64,000 nt of DNA from an uncultured Ectothiorhodospiraceae bacterium (GTDB taxonomy: Bacteria > Pseudomonadota > Gammaproteobacteria > SZUA-152): positions 6,116 to 70,115 of the forward strand of contig CAYNYJ010000002.1 of assembly GCA_964401355.1 (NCBI GenBank), written 5' to 3'. Shown here in pieces: positions 30,104 through 40,945 of this stretch. The notes beneath the pieces were generated by a model. The model did no database searches. It had not been told where the DNA came from and saw only the letters and a program-made list of their open reading frames with translations. Each line of letters begins with the position of its first letter. Position 1 is the stretch's first letter. Position numbers and translations under genes: made by a program.

Positions 30104-33100
30104 ATGTTTATGCTTGCGGCCGCATTTTTACTCTTGTCAGGTATTGCCAGTCTGACTTATCAGGTGGTTTGGGTCAGGTTGCTAGGACTGAGTATGGGGT
30201 CGACCAGCGCTTCGATCAGTACCGTGTTAGCGGCGTTCTTTTTGGGCTTGGCTCTGGGGAGTTACCTGGCTGAGCGTATAACCCGAAATCGTATCAATGA
30301 TCTCAGAGCGTATATTGTGCTGGAACTGATCATTGGTCTGTCGGGTCTGGCCTTGCTTCCCATTTTGTTGAATCTCGATGCAATCATGGCGGCTACCCCG
30401 GCGTTGGGTGCAACCATTCCCATGAAATTTGCGGTGACCACCGTGTTGTTGCTGATTCCCACGGTGTGCATGGGGGCCACTTTCCCTGTTATGGCATCGT
30501 TGCTCATTCGTCGTAAAGATGAAGTGGGTGTCCGTGTCAGCCAACTTTATAGTTTAAACACGGCAGGTGCGGTACTGGGGGCGGCTCTGGCGGGTTTCTT
30601 TTTTGTGCCGAACTGGGGTTTGGATGGCGCGGTTTATATTGCCTTTTCGTTTAATTTATTGATTGTAGTACTGGCTATTTATCTCAACCAAAAAATTTCC
30701 TTGCCGCCAATCGAAGTGTCGACGGTTGAAGCCAAATCGGCTGGTGCTGCTGTCTCAAACTCAATAACGGAAGAAGCCCCTTTGCGTGGACGGGCGCTGA
30801 TAGTGTTGTTTGCCACTGGCCTTGTTGCCATCGCAACGGAAGTCGGCTGGACCAAGTACCTGTCGATTTTTACGGGAACCACTATTTATGGTTTTGCCGC
30901 GATACTGACGATATTTCTCACGGGTATCGCTGCAGGTTCATGGGCGATTAAATCATATATTGAGCGTATGCAACGGCCAGAATTGTGGATGGCCTTCGGG
31001 CTGGTATTGTTGGGTAGCTCGTTATTGTTGACGCGCGCGGGTTTGACCTGGGTCCCCGCCATTTATCAAGCAATGAACCATTTCCCGGTAGAGCCATGGT
31101 TGAAGCACGGGGTGAAATACACTTTTGTGTTTGTGTTGCTGTTTCCTCCGACGTTTTTGTTTGGTGCATTGTTTCCAATAAATCTGAGGCTTTACTGCGG
31201 CAATTTGCAGGGTATACGGGCACGTATTGGCAAGGCTTATGCGGTGAATACGGTCGCCAGTATTTTTGGTTCGATTATGGCGGGTTTTTGGTTGATCCCA
31301 TATTACGGCACCGATGTGTTGCTAACGGTTATGGCGCTGGTGTTATTGGTATTGCCGTTGTTGTTTGTGCCGGTGCTAACGACACCTGTGGCGAAGCTGT
31401 CGATTACCGCATTCGCAGTTCTGGCGCTGTTGAGCAGTGGGTTGTTACCGCATCTGAGTTACAAGGATATGATCACTTCGGTGCAATATGACGGTGAGTC
31501 TTATGCTGGCCAAGAACCCAAATTTTTGTTTTTGAAGGAGGGTAAGGCGGGCGTCATTAGTATGATCACTTATAACGACCGGCACGTGAGGCTGCAAAAC
31601 AATGGTCTGAATGAATCTTTCATTGATCTTGAAGATGAAAATAATGTGTTACTGGTTGAAAGCTTGTTGGGTCTGCTGCCGTACATGCTGCATGACGATC
31701 CCAAGTCGGCTTTTGTGGTGGGTTTTGGGGGTGGCATTACCACCAAAGCATTGACCTTTACAAAATTGGAATCCATTCGTGTGGTCGAGCTGGAACCGGC
31801 GGTGATCGACGCTGGGCGAGCGATCATCGGTGGCCGAGAAATTCTTGCGTTGCAAGACCCGCGAGTGACGCTCACGCTGAATGATGCGCGTAATACCTTG
31901 TTAACCGAAAGCACAAAATACGACATTATTGCCTCGCAGCCTTCACACCCTTGGCTGGCGCGTGCGTCGAATATCTTTACCAAAAACTTTTTTGAGCTGG
32001 TTAAGTCACGGCTCAATGACGGCGGTATTTACGGTCAGTGGGTGAATTTGTTTCATATGGATGCTACTACTCTGAAATCACTGTTACGCGCTTTCTACGA
32101 AGTGTTTCCGCATGGCATGACCTTCGCCAATCTTGAGAGTGGAGATTTCATGATGTATGGCTCTGTTTCGCCGATAATTTTTGATTTTGCAAAAATTGAA
32201 CAACGTTTGAATGAACCCAAAATAAAGACGGCACTGAATTATCACGGTATTTATTATGCCCGGGATTTAATGTGGTACTTTGCGCTCTCGCGTGATCAGG
32301 CGTTGGCGGCATCGATGGATGTGCCGGCTAACACCGATACCAATATTCTTTCTGAAGTACGGTTGTCGGCTATTGATAATAAACCGTCGCCCGAAGAAAG
32401 CCCTTATAAATTCTTAATCGATAATTACACCTTTAATGTGCGCCCTTACTTTGCTACGGATGAGGCTGCGGATCGTATTTACCAGTTGGGTACCTATTTT
32501 CTGGTTGAGAAGAATGAGCAGGACATTGCGCAGTATTCGGCGGATCAATTAAAAGAAATTGATCCGGTCAAGGCGCGTGGCATTGAATATGAAAAACATT
32601 GGCATAATTTTGAATATGATGAAACGGATGCATTGTATATACAGCATGAACAGTGGCCGGATCGCACTCACATGCAACAGGCTTTGGCATTGGTGGATCG
32701 GAATCGTTATGACGAGGCCACGGCCGTGCTACCCCGTGTGGAAGTGGAAGGAATGCGTCGTATTCTGGCAGCACGGCTGTTATTTGATCAGCAGCGTTTT
32801 GATGAGCTTGTGGCCGTGGATACACAATATGATGCCGAAAAACTCTGGCGTTTGTCGGCCTTGGCGAGAAAGGATTTGATCACTGCGGGCAGTGAACTGC
32901 ATGCGTTGGTGCAGCGAGTTTCACCCGGGCTTCCGCAGCTGCGGGTTTTGGCGGGATACTACGGGGTGATTAATGACGATAAACAACTGGACCGGGTGGC
33001 GCGTTTGATTGTTCAGCAGCAAAACAAAGAAATTGAGCGTATTCAGCAGTTATTGACTGATGCAATAGAGGCTGAGCAAGTGCAGTATTCACAAAATTTG

Positions 33101-33268
33101 CTCAAGCGTATTGAGATGCTTAACCCGGAAGAGAACTACAAACTGAAAGAATTGCGAGGCAAAGTCGCGAAGCTTGTTGTTTCTCCGATCCAGGAAAATG
33201 ATACCGGCGATCAAGAGGTCACGATAAATAACGGTGAAAAGCACACGCTCTCACTATACTCAAGTTAG
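30104..33268 (+). CDS. Fused polytopic membrane domain + spermidine-synthase-like (SpeE-fold aminopropyltransferase/methyltransferase-like) domain + C-terminal helical repeat region
   Basis: The N-terminal half (about 460 aa) has many TM helices. VVGFGGGITTKAL...IRVVELEPAVIDAGR...YDIIASQPSHPWLARASNIFTKNFFELVKSRLNDGGIYGQWVNL is a spermidine-synthase-like Rossmann core. The product is 1054 aa. Confidence 0.65.
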   Translation: MFMLAAAFLLLSGIASLTYQVVWVRLLGLSMGSTSASISTVLAAFFLGLALGSYLAERITRNRINDLRAYIVLELIIGLSGLALLPILLNLDAIMAATPALGATIPMKFAVTTVLLLIPTVCMGATFPVMASLLIRRKDEVGVRVSQLYSLNTAGAVLGAALAGFFFVPNWGLDGAVYIAFSFNLLIVVLAIYLNQKISLPPIEVSTVEAKSAGAAVSNSITEEAPLRGRALIVLFATGLVAIATEVGWTKYLSIFTGTTIYGFAAILTIFLTGIAAGSWAIKSYIERMQRPELWMAFGLVLLGSSLLLTRAGLTWVPAIYQAMNHFPVEPWLKHGVKYTFVFVLLFPPTFLFGALFPINLRLYCGNLQGIRARIGKAYAVNTVASIFGSIMAGFWLIPYYGTDVLLTVMALVLLVLPLLFVPVLTTPVAKLSITAFAVLALLSSGLLPHLSYKDMITSVQYDGESYAGQEPKFLFLKEGKAGVISMITYNDRHVRLQNNGLNESFIDLEDENNVLLVESLLGLLPYMLHDDPKSAFVVGFGGGITTKALTFTKLESIRVVELEPAVIDAGRAIIGGREILALQDPRVTLTLNDARNTLLTESTKYDIIASQPSHPWLARASNIFTKNFFELVKSRLNDGGIYGQWVNLFHMDATTLKSLLRAFYEVFPHGMTFANLESGDFMMYGSVSPIIFDFAKIEQRLNEPKIKTALNYHGIYYARDLMWYFALSRDQALAASMDVPANTDTNILSEVRLSAIDNKPSPEESPYKFLIDNYTFNVRPYFATDEAADRIYQLGTYFLVEKNEQDIAQYSADQLKEIDPVKARGIEYEKHWHNFEYDETDALYIQHEQWPDRTHMQQALALVDRNRYDEATAVLPRVEVEGMRRILAARLLFDQQRFDELVAVDTQYDAEKLWRLSALARKDLITAGSELHALVQRVSPGLPQLRVLAGYYGVINDDKQLDRVARLIVQQQNKEIERIQQLLTDAIEAEQVQYSQNLLKRIEMLNPEENYKLKELRGKVAKLVVSPIQENDTGDQEVTINNGEKHTLSLYSS

Positions 33269-33330
33269 GTATTTTTCTGTGTTAATGTCGCGTCGTTTAC
33301 TGATTCGCTTGCGAGCCTAAGGAGGTGGGC

Positions 33331-33768
33331 ATGAGTGATTATCAACATATCCTGTGTGCAGTTGATTTGAGTGAGGAAAATATTGTGGTGGCATCCCGTG
33401 CTGTCGAGCTGGCCAATATTTATCAGGCGCAACTCAGCGTGTTGCATGTGGTGGAATATATTCCTATCGATCTCGCCAATGAGTTGGTGTTACCGCAACA
33501 GCAAGAAATTGAGCAGCAACTTTTGACTCAGGCGAAGCAACATCTTACGGTTTTAACCGAGCGGATTGATGCACCGTCAGTGAAAGAAGTGGTCGTGCAG
33601 GGTTCGACAAAATCAGAAATTATTGAGTATGCGCAAGACCACCACATCGATCTGATTATTCTTGGGCGACATGGTCGTCATGGGCTTTCGCGTTTGTTGG
33701 GTTCTGTGGCAAATTCGGTCTTACATCATGCCCCGTGTGATGTGCTGGCCGTGCGTGTTGGGGCTTAA
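33331..33768 (+). CDS. uspA: Universal stress protein (UspA family)
   Basis: HILCAVDLSEE...LSVLHVVE...DLIILGRHGRHGLSRLLGSVANSVLHHAPCDVLAV is the classic UspA ATP-binding-fold signature. A GGAGG ribosome-binding site precedes the ATG. Confidence 0.85.
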   Translation: MSDYQHILCAVDLSEENIVVASRAVELANIYQAQLSVLHVVEYIPIDLANELVLPQQQEIEQQLLTQAKQHLTVLTERIDAPSVKEVVVQGSTKSEIIEYAQDHHIDLIILGRHGRHGLSRLLGSVANSVLHHAPCDVLAVRVGA

Positions 33769-34580
33769 GGCGTGATTTGTCACGCGAATGGCCCTAGAAA
33801 TACGCTTGATTGTTTCGAAAAAATGCGGTCTATTCGTAGTTTGATGGGGGGGTGGCTACGGTTTTTAGCGTGCTAGAACGGGGGCGTTATGCTGAGTTCG
33901 CATCCCTCTCATATGGGCTATTACACCAATGCAAGGCGGTGATTCTTATGGGAAATTATTCTTGGGTTTTTTTCTTAAAATTGCGTTGACATATCCGACA
34001 GGATTGGTCTAGCATCGACCGCCATAGAGAATATTGATAATATAAGCTTATTAGCTGAATAATAATATTCTGATATACGAGGACGTTTGCTCAGCAATAG
34101 TTAGGCTGGATGCAGATAAGAGAGGATCGTTCATAAAAATATAAGCTTTGATGCAGGGCGAGTCTTTTAGCCTTGGATGTCAATGGCAAATTAGTAAAAG
34201 TTCGTATTAAAATTAAAAAGATACAAGAATAAAATTAGCGTTCAAAACGATAGCGCGAAATTGATGACGCCAGTGGTTTAATGCTGTTGGAGAAGTGTTT
34301 CCACGGGCTGGTTGTCAGAATATAAATAATAGGCGGGCATGACTCGCCAGGAATTGAGGGAGAACAAGCAGCTACTTCAGCGGGCTTGATCTAGCAGAAG
34401 TCAGAAAATTTCCTGTTTGCGGTGAATTAGTCGCAGTGCACACTCGCTGTGTTGTTCAGCGGGCTTGGTATTTTCTGTGTTATTTGGGTGCGACTTGGAT
34501 TTAAGTTGAGCCCGTGACCAACATTCAACAAACCAATTCAACAAACCAGTAGTGGTTAACAACATGTATCGAGGAAGGAA

Positions 34581-35201
34581 ATGGGAGTGAAGAACCGTTT
34601 AATCAATCCGAAAGCACGACGTCGAGGCTTGCTGGGTGTCGCTGGGGCTGGGCTTATGTGTCTGGCAATGTTGCTGATGTCGTCAGTGGCGATGGCAGTT
34701 AAATATGATGTGGTGCCGCCGGTCGGAACGCATCAGGGGGAGGATGTGCCTCAGCCCATCGAGTTTCCTCATAATGTTCACGTTAAAGATAATGACATTA
34801 ACTGCATGTACTGCCATACCTATGCGCGACGCAGCGCAGTGGCCGGTATTCCTCCGACCAGTAAATGCATGGGCTGCCACAAGGTGATTGCGACAGACAA
34901 GCCGCGCATCCAGAAGCTCACCAAATACTGGCAGGACAAAATATCACCCGCTTGGAAGAAAGTGCACGACCTGCCGGACTTTGTGCATTTTACCCACGAG
35001 AAACATTTGAAGACCTTGGTGTTTGATCGGGAGTTTCCGGTTGAAGATGTGAAGGAAGTTTGTGCCTTTTGTCACGGTGATGTGGAAAATATGACGGTAG
35101 CGCACAAAGTGAAACCGTTGAATATGGGCTTTTGCGTTAATTGCCATATTGCGAACAAAGAACTGGGTGCCCCGGGCGACTGCTGGAAGTGCCACAAGTA
35201 A
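34581..35201 (+). CDS. actA: Alternative Complex III subunit ActA (pentaheme cytochrome c)
   Basis: Five CXXCH motifs (CMYCH, CMGCH, CAFCH, CVNCH, CWKCH) in 206 aa with an N-terminal signal anchor. It is the first gene of the act operon. Confidence 0.8.
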   Translation: MGVKNRLINPKARRRGLLGVAGAGLMCLAMLLMSSVAMAVKYDVVPPVGTHQGEDVPQPIEFPHNVHVKDNDINCMYCHTYARRSAVAGIPPTSKCMGCHKVIATDKPRIQKLTKYWQDKISPAWKKVHDLPDFVHFTHEKHLKTLVFDREFPVEDVKEVCAFCHGDVENMTVAHKVKPLNMGFCVNCHIANKELGAPGDCWKCHK

Positions 35202-35264
35202 TCGTCGCGCAAATACAAAGGTGTTAACGATGAGCAAGCGAATTAATAGAGTGGAATTACGACT

Positions 35265-37481
35265 ATGAGCGGAAAGATAAACCGTAGAAGTTTCCTGAAG
35301 GTGATGGGCTGGAGTGGTGCGGGCGCGGCATTAAGCGGTTGCGATTTGCCCTCCACGGTCACGTTGGAAGAGGGTAAGGAGGACGTCGTTTCTTACCTGA
35401 TGCCTGAGGAGTATGTGATCCCAGGTGTTGGTGTGTGGTATGCCTCGACCTGTACACAATGTGAGGCGCGCTGTGGTATTCATGGTCGTGTCCGCGAAGG
35501 TCGTGTACTGAAACTGGAAGGCAATCCTGATGCGGCGGTCAATAACGGCAAGCTCTGCATGATGGGCCAGGCCGGCATTCAGGGTCACTACAACCCGGAT
35601 CGTATTACCACGCCCATGTTGCGCAACGGGGGCAGTTTGGCTCCTGTGAGCTGGGACAGGGCGATGGCGGTTTTGGAAGAAAAGCTGGGTACCCTAAGTG
35701 GCGACCGTTTTGCGTGGTTCACTGGTTCTATGAGTGGTCATCAATCGGTGCTGATCTCCAATCATCTGGAGGCTATGGGTTCCACAAAACATTTTGTGCA
35801 TGAAGTGCTGAACAGCGCGGTGTCGCAAGCGGTGAATCGCGATATGCTCGGTGAGGCAACACCGCGGTTGCGTTTAGACAAGGCCAAGATGATCCTTTCT
35901 TTTGGCTCGGACTTTATGGGTGCCAGTCAATCAACGGTGCAATACGCAGGTCAGTATGCGAAGTTCCGGACCAATAAAGAGCGTGGCGTATTCGTTCAGA
36001 TCGAATCCAAGATGTCGCTCACCGGCGGTAACGCAGATTTATGGCTGGCTATCAAACCGGGCACTGAAGGGGTGTTGGCACTGGGTATCGCCAATTTGCT
36101 GTTGAATCAGCTGAAGCTCAGCGATGCGGGTATCCCTGAGGATGTGCGCACCATGATCGACGGATATGGCATTAGCAAAGTTGCCGAGATCACTAGCGTG
36201 GCAGGTGACCGCATTCAGCGTGTGGCAAAATTGTTGATGCAGCGTTCTCCCAGTTTGGTGCTGGCCGGGCCCTCGGTGGAAGGCCATGCTCATGGTTACG
36301 CTGCTACCGCAGCGGTGATGCTGCTGAATCATATCTTGGGTAATGTGGGTAAAACTATCGAGTCTGCGGGCGATTTCCCCTTCCCTCAGTTGATGGCAAA
36401 GCAAGGTGGCACAGCAGATCTGGTGGCATTTGCCGCTGATGCGAAAGCGCAAAAGTTGGATGCGGTCATTTTCTACGGTAGCAACCCGGTTTATTCCGCG
36501 CCGCAAAGTTTGGGCTTGACGGAAGCACTGTCCAATATTGGCTTCAAGGTTGCAATTTCACAATTTCCGGATGAGACCACAATGGCGGCCGATTTGGTGC
36601 TGCCGGTTGATTCCTACCTCGAAGACTGGGGGACACAGGTACCGGTTCATCAGGCAGAGTCCGCAGCGATTCATGTGCAGCAACCATTGATGGAGAGGCT
36701 CCATGAGCAGACCAAGGGCTTAGGTGACATTCTGTTGTCACTGCTCAAACAGCGCAAAAAAGATGACTACGCACAGTTTGAAGATTATTACGCGTACTTG
36801 CGCAACGCCTTTGCCGCGATGCCGGCGGGTGTGAAAAAGAATGCGCAAAACAACAACGAGTTCTGGAATGCCGCGCTGCAGACAGGCGTGATAGAAATCC
36901 AGTCAGGCGCCAAGAGTCTGCAATCAACAGTGGTTTCATTTGCCGCACCGGTGACAGGAAGTGATTCCGGTGGTTTGACGCTGGTACCATCGGCGCGTTT
37001 GGGCTTGTTTGATGGGCGTCATGCAAACTTGCCATGGTTGCAGGAAGCACCGGATCAAATCAGTAAGGTGGTGTGGGATTCCTGGGCTGAAATGCACCCG
37101 GCTACTGCCGCCAAAATGGGCATCAGTAATTTAGAACTGATCCGTGTTGATTCAGAGCACGGCAGTGTTGAATTGCGTGTTGTGCTGCTCAAGGGTGTAC
37201 ATCGTGATGCCATTGCTATCCCGCTGGGCCAGGGGCATGAGGTCTACGGTCGGTATGCAAAGGGCTTGGGTGTGAATCCGTTGAAAATTTTAAATGCGAC
37301 CGTTGACAGTAAAACGGGCGAATTAGCCATGTACAGCACACAAGTCACGGTAAAACGTATTGGCGAAGCAGATTCATTATCGATTGTGCGTATGGGAACC
37401 GGTAGCGGTGACAGTCAAGCAGGGCGCAAGTTGGTGGCGACCGTGTCAGTTGAGCAGGTTCAACGTACGGAGGGAACATAG
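35265..37481 (+). CDS. actB: Alternative Complex III subunit ActB1 (molybdopterin-oxidoreductase-like domain, Tat-exported)
   Basis: Twin-arginine signal RRSFLKVMGWSGAGAALSGC and a complex-iron-sulfur-molybdoenzyme fold including CTQCEARCG. The product is 738 aa. Confidence 0.8.
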   Translation: MSGKINRRSFLKVMGWSGAGAALSGCDLPSTVTLEEGKEDVVSYLMPEEYVIPGVGVWYASTCTQCEARCGIHGRVREGRVLKLEGNPDAAVNNGKLCMMGQAGIQGHYNPDRITTPMLRNGGSLAPVSWDRAMAVLEEKLGTLSGDRFAWFTGSMSGHQSVLISNHLEAMGSTKHFVHEVLNSAVSQAVNRDMLGEATPRLRLDKAKMILSFGSDFMGASQSTVQYAGQYAKFRTNKERGVFVQIESKMSLTGGNADLWLAIKPGTEGVLALGIANLLLNQLKLSDAGIPEDVRTMIDGYGISKVAEITSVAGDRIQRVAKLLMQRSPSLVLAGPSVEGHAHGYAATAAVMLLNHILGNVGKTIESAGDFPFPQLMAKQGGTADLVAFAADAKAQKLDAVIFYGSNPVYSAPQSLGLTEALSNIGFKVAISQFPDETTMAADLVLPVDSYLEDWGTQVPVHQAESAAIHVQQPLMERLHEQTKGLGDILLSLLKQRKKDDYAQFEDYYAYLRNAFAAMPAGVKKNAQNNNEFWNAALQTGVIEIQSGAKSLQSTVVSFAAPVTGSDSGGLTLVPSARLGLFDGRHANLPWLQEAPDQISKVVWDSWAEMHPATAAKMGISNLELIRVDSEHGSVELRVVLLKGVHRDAIAIPLGQGHEVYGRYAKGLGVNPLKILNATVDSKTGELAMYSTQVTVKRIGEADSLSIVRMGTGSGDSQAGRKLVATVSVEQVQRTEGT

Positions 37482-37483
37482 TT

Positions 37484-38326
37484 ATGTCGTTAGACAATAT
37501 TCTCAATCATTGGTCAGACTACCGTAAGGCTGCTGAAGACGGGGGCCATCACGATTACGAACATCGCTGGGCGATGGCAATTAATCTTGATCTGTGTATT
37601 GGTTGCAACGCCTGTTCGACCGCGTGTTACGCCGAGAACAACCTGGCAGTCGTGGGTAAAGAGCGCTTCGAAAAAGGCCAGGCTATGCACTGGATGCGCA
37701 TCGAACGTTACTGGGATCAGCCCGATAAAGATTACCCGGAGCAGGGTGCTAGTTTCTTGCCGATGATGTGTCAGCAGTGTGGTTCCGCAACCTGTGAGCC
37801 GGTCTGTCCGGTTGCTGCGACCTATCACACCCCGGATGGTTTGAATGCGCAGGTGTACAACCGTTGTATCGGTTCACGTTACTGTTCGAACAACTGCCCA
37901 TTCCGGGTGCGTTACTTTAATTTCTACTCCTATTATGAATCTGCCTGGCCAGAGCCAATGCAGCAACAGCTCAATCCGGATATATCGGTGCGTGACAAAG
38001 GCGTGATGGAGAAGTGCACGTTCTGCGTTCAACGTATACGTACGGTCAAAGATAAAGCCTTTATGGAAGATCGTGTGGTTCAGGATGGTGAAATGATAAC
38101 GGCTTGTGCGCAGGCCTGTCCGACTTCCGCCATTGTCTTTGGTGACACCCTGGATGAGAACAGTATGGTTAACAAACTCTGGATAAAGCATCAGGTGGAA
38201 CGCGGTGCTTACCAGAAGACCCGATATGCGAAGAAGGATGCGGAATTACGGGGTTATCGAATTTTCGAAGAACTTAACGTTGACCCGTCAGTGATGTATC
38301 TCGAGCGGGTGCGTGAAGATGTATAA
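37484..38326 (+). CDS. actB: Alternative Complex III subunit ActB2 (4Fe-4S ferredoxin-type, PsrB/NrfC-like)
   Basis: Multiple Cys clusters: CIGCNACSTAC, CQQCGSATCEPVCP, CIGSRYCSNNCP, CTFC...CAQACP. Confidence 0.8.
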   Translation: MSLDNILNHWSDYRKAAEDGGHHDYEHRWAMAINLDLCIGCNACSTACYAENNLAVVGKERFEKGQAMHWMRIERYWDQPDKDYPEQGASFLPMMCQQCGSATCEPVCPVAATYHTPDGLNAQVYNRCIGSRYCSNNCPFRVRYFNFYSYYESAWPEPMQQQLNPDISVRDKGVMEKCTFCVQRIRTVKDKAFMEDRVVQDGEMITACAQACPTSAIVFGDTLDENSMVNKLWIKHQVERGAYQKTRYAKKDAELRGYRIFEELNVDPSVMYLERVREDV

Positions 38327-38395
38327 GGCTTTTTATCTCTCGATTTCACGTTCGGTTACAACCAGAGCCGTCAAAAAGATTAAGGTGATATAACA

Positions 38396-39811
38396 ATGAC
38401 GATGGTGACAGAAAAAGATATTAACGAGCAGATTGCTTGGGCTCAGATAAACAGGGATGTGCTGAAAAGCATGGAGAATCCACGCCCGGCTTTTTGGGTG
38501 ACTTTAGCCGTGTGTGTTGCAATGGTGGCTTGTGCGGTTTTGGCGGAATACATTCAGTACACCGAGGGTATGGGAACGGCCAATCTGAATAATCCCCATA
38601 TGTGGGACATGTACATTTCTGCTTTTGTGTTCTGGATTGGCATGAGTCACTCCGGGACATTATTGTCAGCAATTCTGCATCTCATTCATGCTGATTGGCG
38701 TAAGCCGATTTATCGGTTTGCCGAAGCGATGACGACGTTTTCGTTGATGACAGCCGGACTGTTCCCGATGATCCATCTGGGCCGTGTCTGGAATCTGTAC
38801 TGGGTGCTTCCGTATGTTAGTGACCGTGGTATTTGGCCGAACTTCCGTTCGCCACTGGTGTGGGACGCTTTCGCCATCAGTACCTACCTTACGGCATCCA
38901 TGTTGTTTCTGTTTGTCGGTATGATCCCGGATTTGGCGATCTGTCGTGATAACGCCACCGGTTGGCGCAAAAAGCTTTACGGCATGTTGTCGCTGGGCTG
39001 GGTCGGCAGTGACCGTCAGTGGCGTCACTTCCGCAAAACCTACTTGCTCATGGCTTGCTTTTTGATTCCTTTGGCGGTATCCGTGCATTCCATCGTGTCC
39101 TCCGATTTTGCCATGGCCATTATGCCAGGCTGGCACGTGACATCTTTCCCTCCTTACTTTGTGGCGGGTGCTTTGTACTCCGGTTGTGCAGCCATCATTA
39201 CCTTGTTTATTCTGTTGCGTTACTTCTTTCGTTTCGAAGCATACATGACGCTGCCGATTATGGAAAAGACTGCCAAGCTGACTTTTGCTATCGCCATGGT
39301 CTGGACTTACCTTAACGCGGTGGAGTTTGCATCTGTCTGGTACGGGCACAACATATATGACAAGGAGCTGCTGATTGCCAAGGCCACGGGAGCATATGCA
39401 CCTATCTTCTGGAGCATGTTGTTTTTAGGTTCTGTGATGCCCTTTGCCCTGGCGTTCCGTAAGCTACGACGTCATATGCCGACCATGTTTGTGGTCTCAT
39501 TGTTTCTTAATCTGGGCATGTTCCTGGAACGCTGGATGATCGTGGCGCCGACTCTGTCAATGTCGCAGCAGCCACATCAGTGGGACATCATGTATGGCAG
39601 TATCGTTGAATGGGCCATCGTATTTGGTAGCTTTGGCTGGTTTGGTATGTTGTTCCTGATTTTTGTGAAGGTATTCCCATCTGTCTCAATGTACGAAGTG
39701 AAAGAGATGGTGTTCCATCGAAAACGGAGCGCAGGTGAAGAAGATGTGTCACGCATGACGGATCACGCACAACTTGCAACCGAAGCTGCTGGTGGGGAGG
39801 ATGTGAAATGA
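38396..39811 (+). CDS. actC: Alternative Complex III subunit ActC (NrfD/PsrC-like quinol-interacting membrane subunit)
   Basis: Polytopic membrane protein of 471 aa positioned after the Fe-S subunit. Its topology is NrfD-like. Confidence 0.8.
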   Translation: MTMVTEKDINEQIAWAQINRDVLKSMENPRPAFWVTLAVCVAMVACAVLAEYIQYTEGMGTANLNNPHMWDMYISAFVFWIGMSHSGTLLSAILHLIHADWRKPIYRFAEAMTTFSLMTAGLFPMIHLGRVWNLYWVLPYVSDRGIWPNFRSPLVWDAFAISTYLTASMLFLFVGMIPDLAICRDNATGWRKKLYGMLSLGWVGSDRQWRHFRKTYLLMACFLIPLAVSVHSIVSSDFAMAIMPGWHVTSFPPYFVAGALYSGCAAIITLFILLRYFFRFEAYMTLPIMEKTAKLTFAIAMVWTYLNAVEFASVWYGHNIYDKELLIAKATGAYAPIFWSMLFLGSVMPFALAFRKLRRHMPTMFVVSLFLNLGMFLERWMIVAPTLSMSQQPHQWDIMYGSIVEWAIVFGSFGWFGMLFLIFVKVFPSVSMYEVKEMVFHRKRSAGEEDVSRMTDHAQLATEAAGGEDVK

Positions 39812-40335
39812 GCAAGCGACGTATGTTGGCCTTATTCAGCGATTTCGACGAAGCGCATGCCGCGATCGCTGATATACGCCGTAATGAAATTCCGGGAGTC
39901 ACGGTTGATGATGTGACCATGATATCGCCCATCGAACATCCTGAAGTGGAAGATGTGTTGGGTGAGCGTCCCGTGCATATTCAGAAGTTCACCTTGTTTG
40001 GCGCATCATTCGGGCTGATTTTTGGCTTCTTCTTTCTGTCCGCTGCGCAGGCGGCATTTATGGTGCAGCCGCAGGGCGGCAAGGCGGTTATTTCGTTGCC
40101 GTCGAATTTCGTTTTAATGTATGAAATGTTGATTTTCTTTGCGGTGTGGTCAACGGTTATTTCGTTTATTTTCTTATCGGGTCTGTTGCGGAAACGCAGT
40201 TCTCTTTATTCCGAGAAAGTCAGTTTGGATCAAATTGCCATTATTGTAGAATTTGATGAAAAAAATACTGAACCGATGAAGACTTTGTTTCAAAAGCATA
40301 AGACCTTGGAAATACGTGAAGAGGTAGTTAAATGA
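39808..40335 (+). CDS. actD: Alternative Complex III subunit ActD
   Basis: 175 aa with a C-terminal membrane anchor. The gene is translationally coupled to actC and actE. Confidence 0.65.
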   Translation: MSKRRMLALFSDFDEAHAAIADIRRNEIPGVTVDDVTMISPIEHPEVEDVLGERPVHIQKFTLFGASFGLIFGFFFLSAAQAAFMVQPQGGKAVISLPSNFVLMYEMLIFFAVWSTVISFIFLSGLLRKRSSLYSEKVSLDQIAIIVEFDEKNTEPMKTLFQKHKTLEIREEVVK

Positions 40336-40907
40336 AGCATTTATTGAACGGTTCGACAAAATGCTTGCCGGGTCGCGTTATGAAAAGCTTGGGTATTATG
40401 GTGTTCGCTTTGGCACTGCCAACGACGGTGCTGGCATGGCCGTGGTCACAGGACATGATGAATCAGCCGAGCATCAAACCGCAGGAAGGCATGATGACGC
40501 CTTTCCCATCGCGTTCGGTGCCGGTTATGGGAATTCCAACCAAAGTGGCCAATCGAGACGAAGCCAAAGACCTGGTGAATCCGGTGGCCTTAACGGATGC
40601 CTCTTTGAGAGAGGGTCGGAATTTATACATCATTTATTGTGCCGCTTGTCACGGACGGTCAGGCAAAGCTGACTCTCCGGTGAGCGGCAAGATTGGTGCC
40701 ATTGACCTTACCGATGATTATGTGCAAAAAAATCTCACCGAGGGCTGGATTTGGGGCACGATTACTTTTGGTAGTTATGTAATGCCGGCCTACGGTATAC
40801 CCAATGAACAAGGTGGCTCCAATGACTTGTCGGTTGAAGAGCGCTGGCATGTAGTGAATTACCTCAGAAATGGTCTGTTAAAAGAAACCACGGTTGCTGC
40901 AAAATAA
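40332..40907 (+). CDS. actE: Alternative Complex III subunit ActE (monoheme cytochrome c)
   Basis: Signal peptide, a single CAACH motif and a conserved Met ligand region, 191 aa. Confidence 0.75.
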   Translation: MKHLLNGSTKCLPGRVMKSLGIMVFALALPTTVLAWPWSQDMMNQPSIKPQEGMMTPFPSRSVPVMGIPTKVANRDEAKDLVNPVALTDASLREGRNLYIIYCAACHGRSGKADSPVSGKIGAIDLTDDYVQKNLTEGWIWGTITFGSYVMPAYGIPNEQGGSNDLSVEERWHVVNYLRNGLLKETTVAAK

Positions 40908-40945
40908 CTGACATGACAAGAAAAGATAAAAGGGGTAACGGGTAA

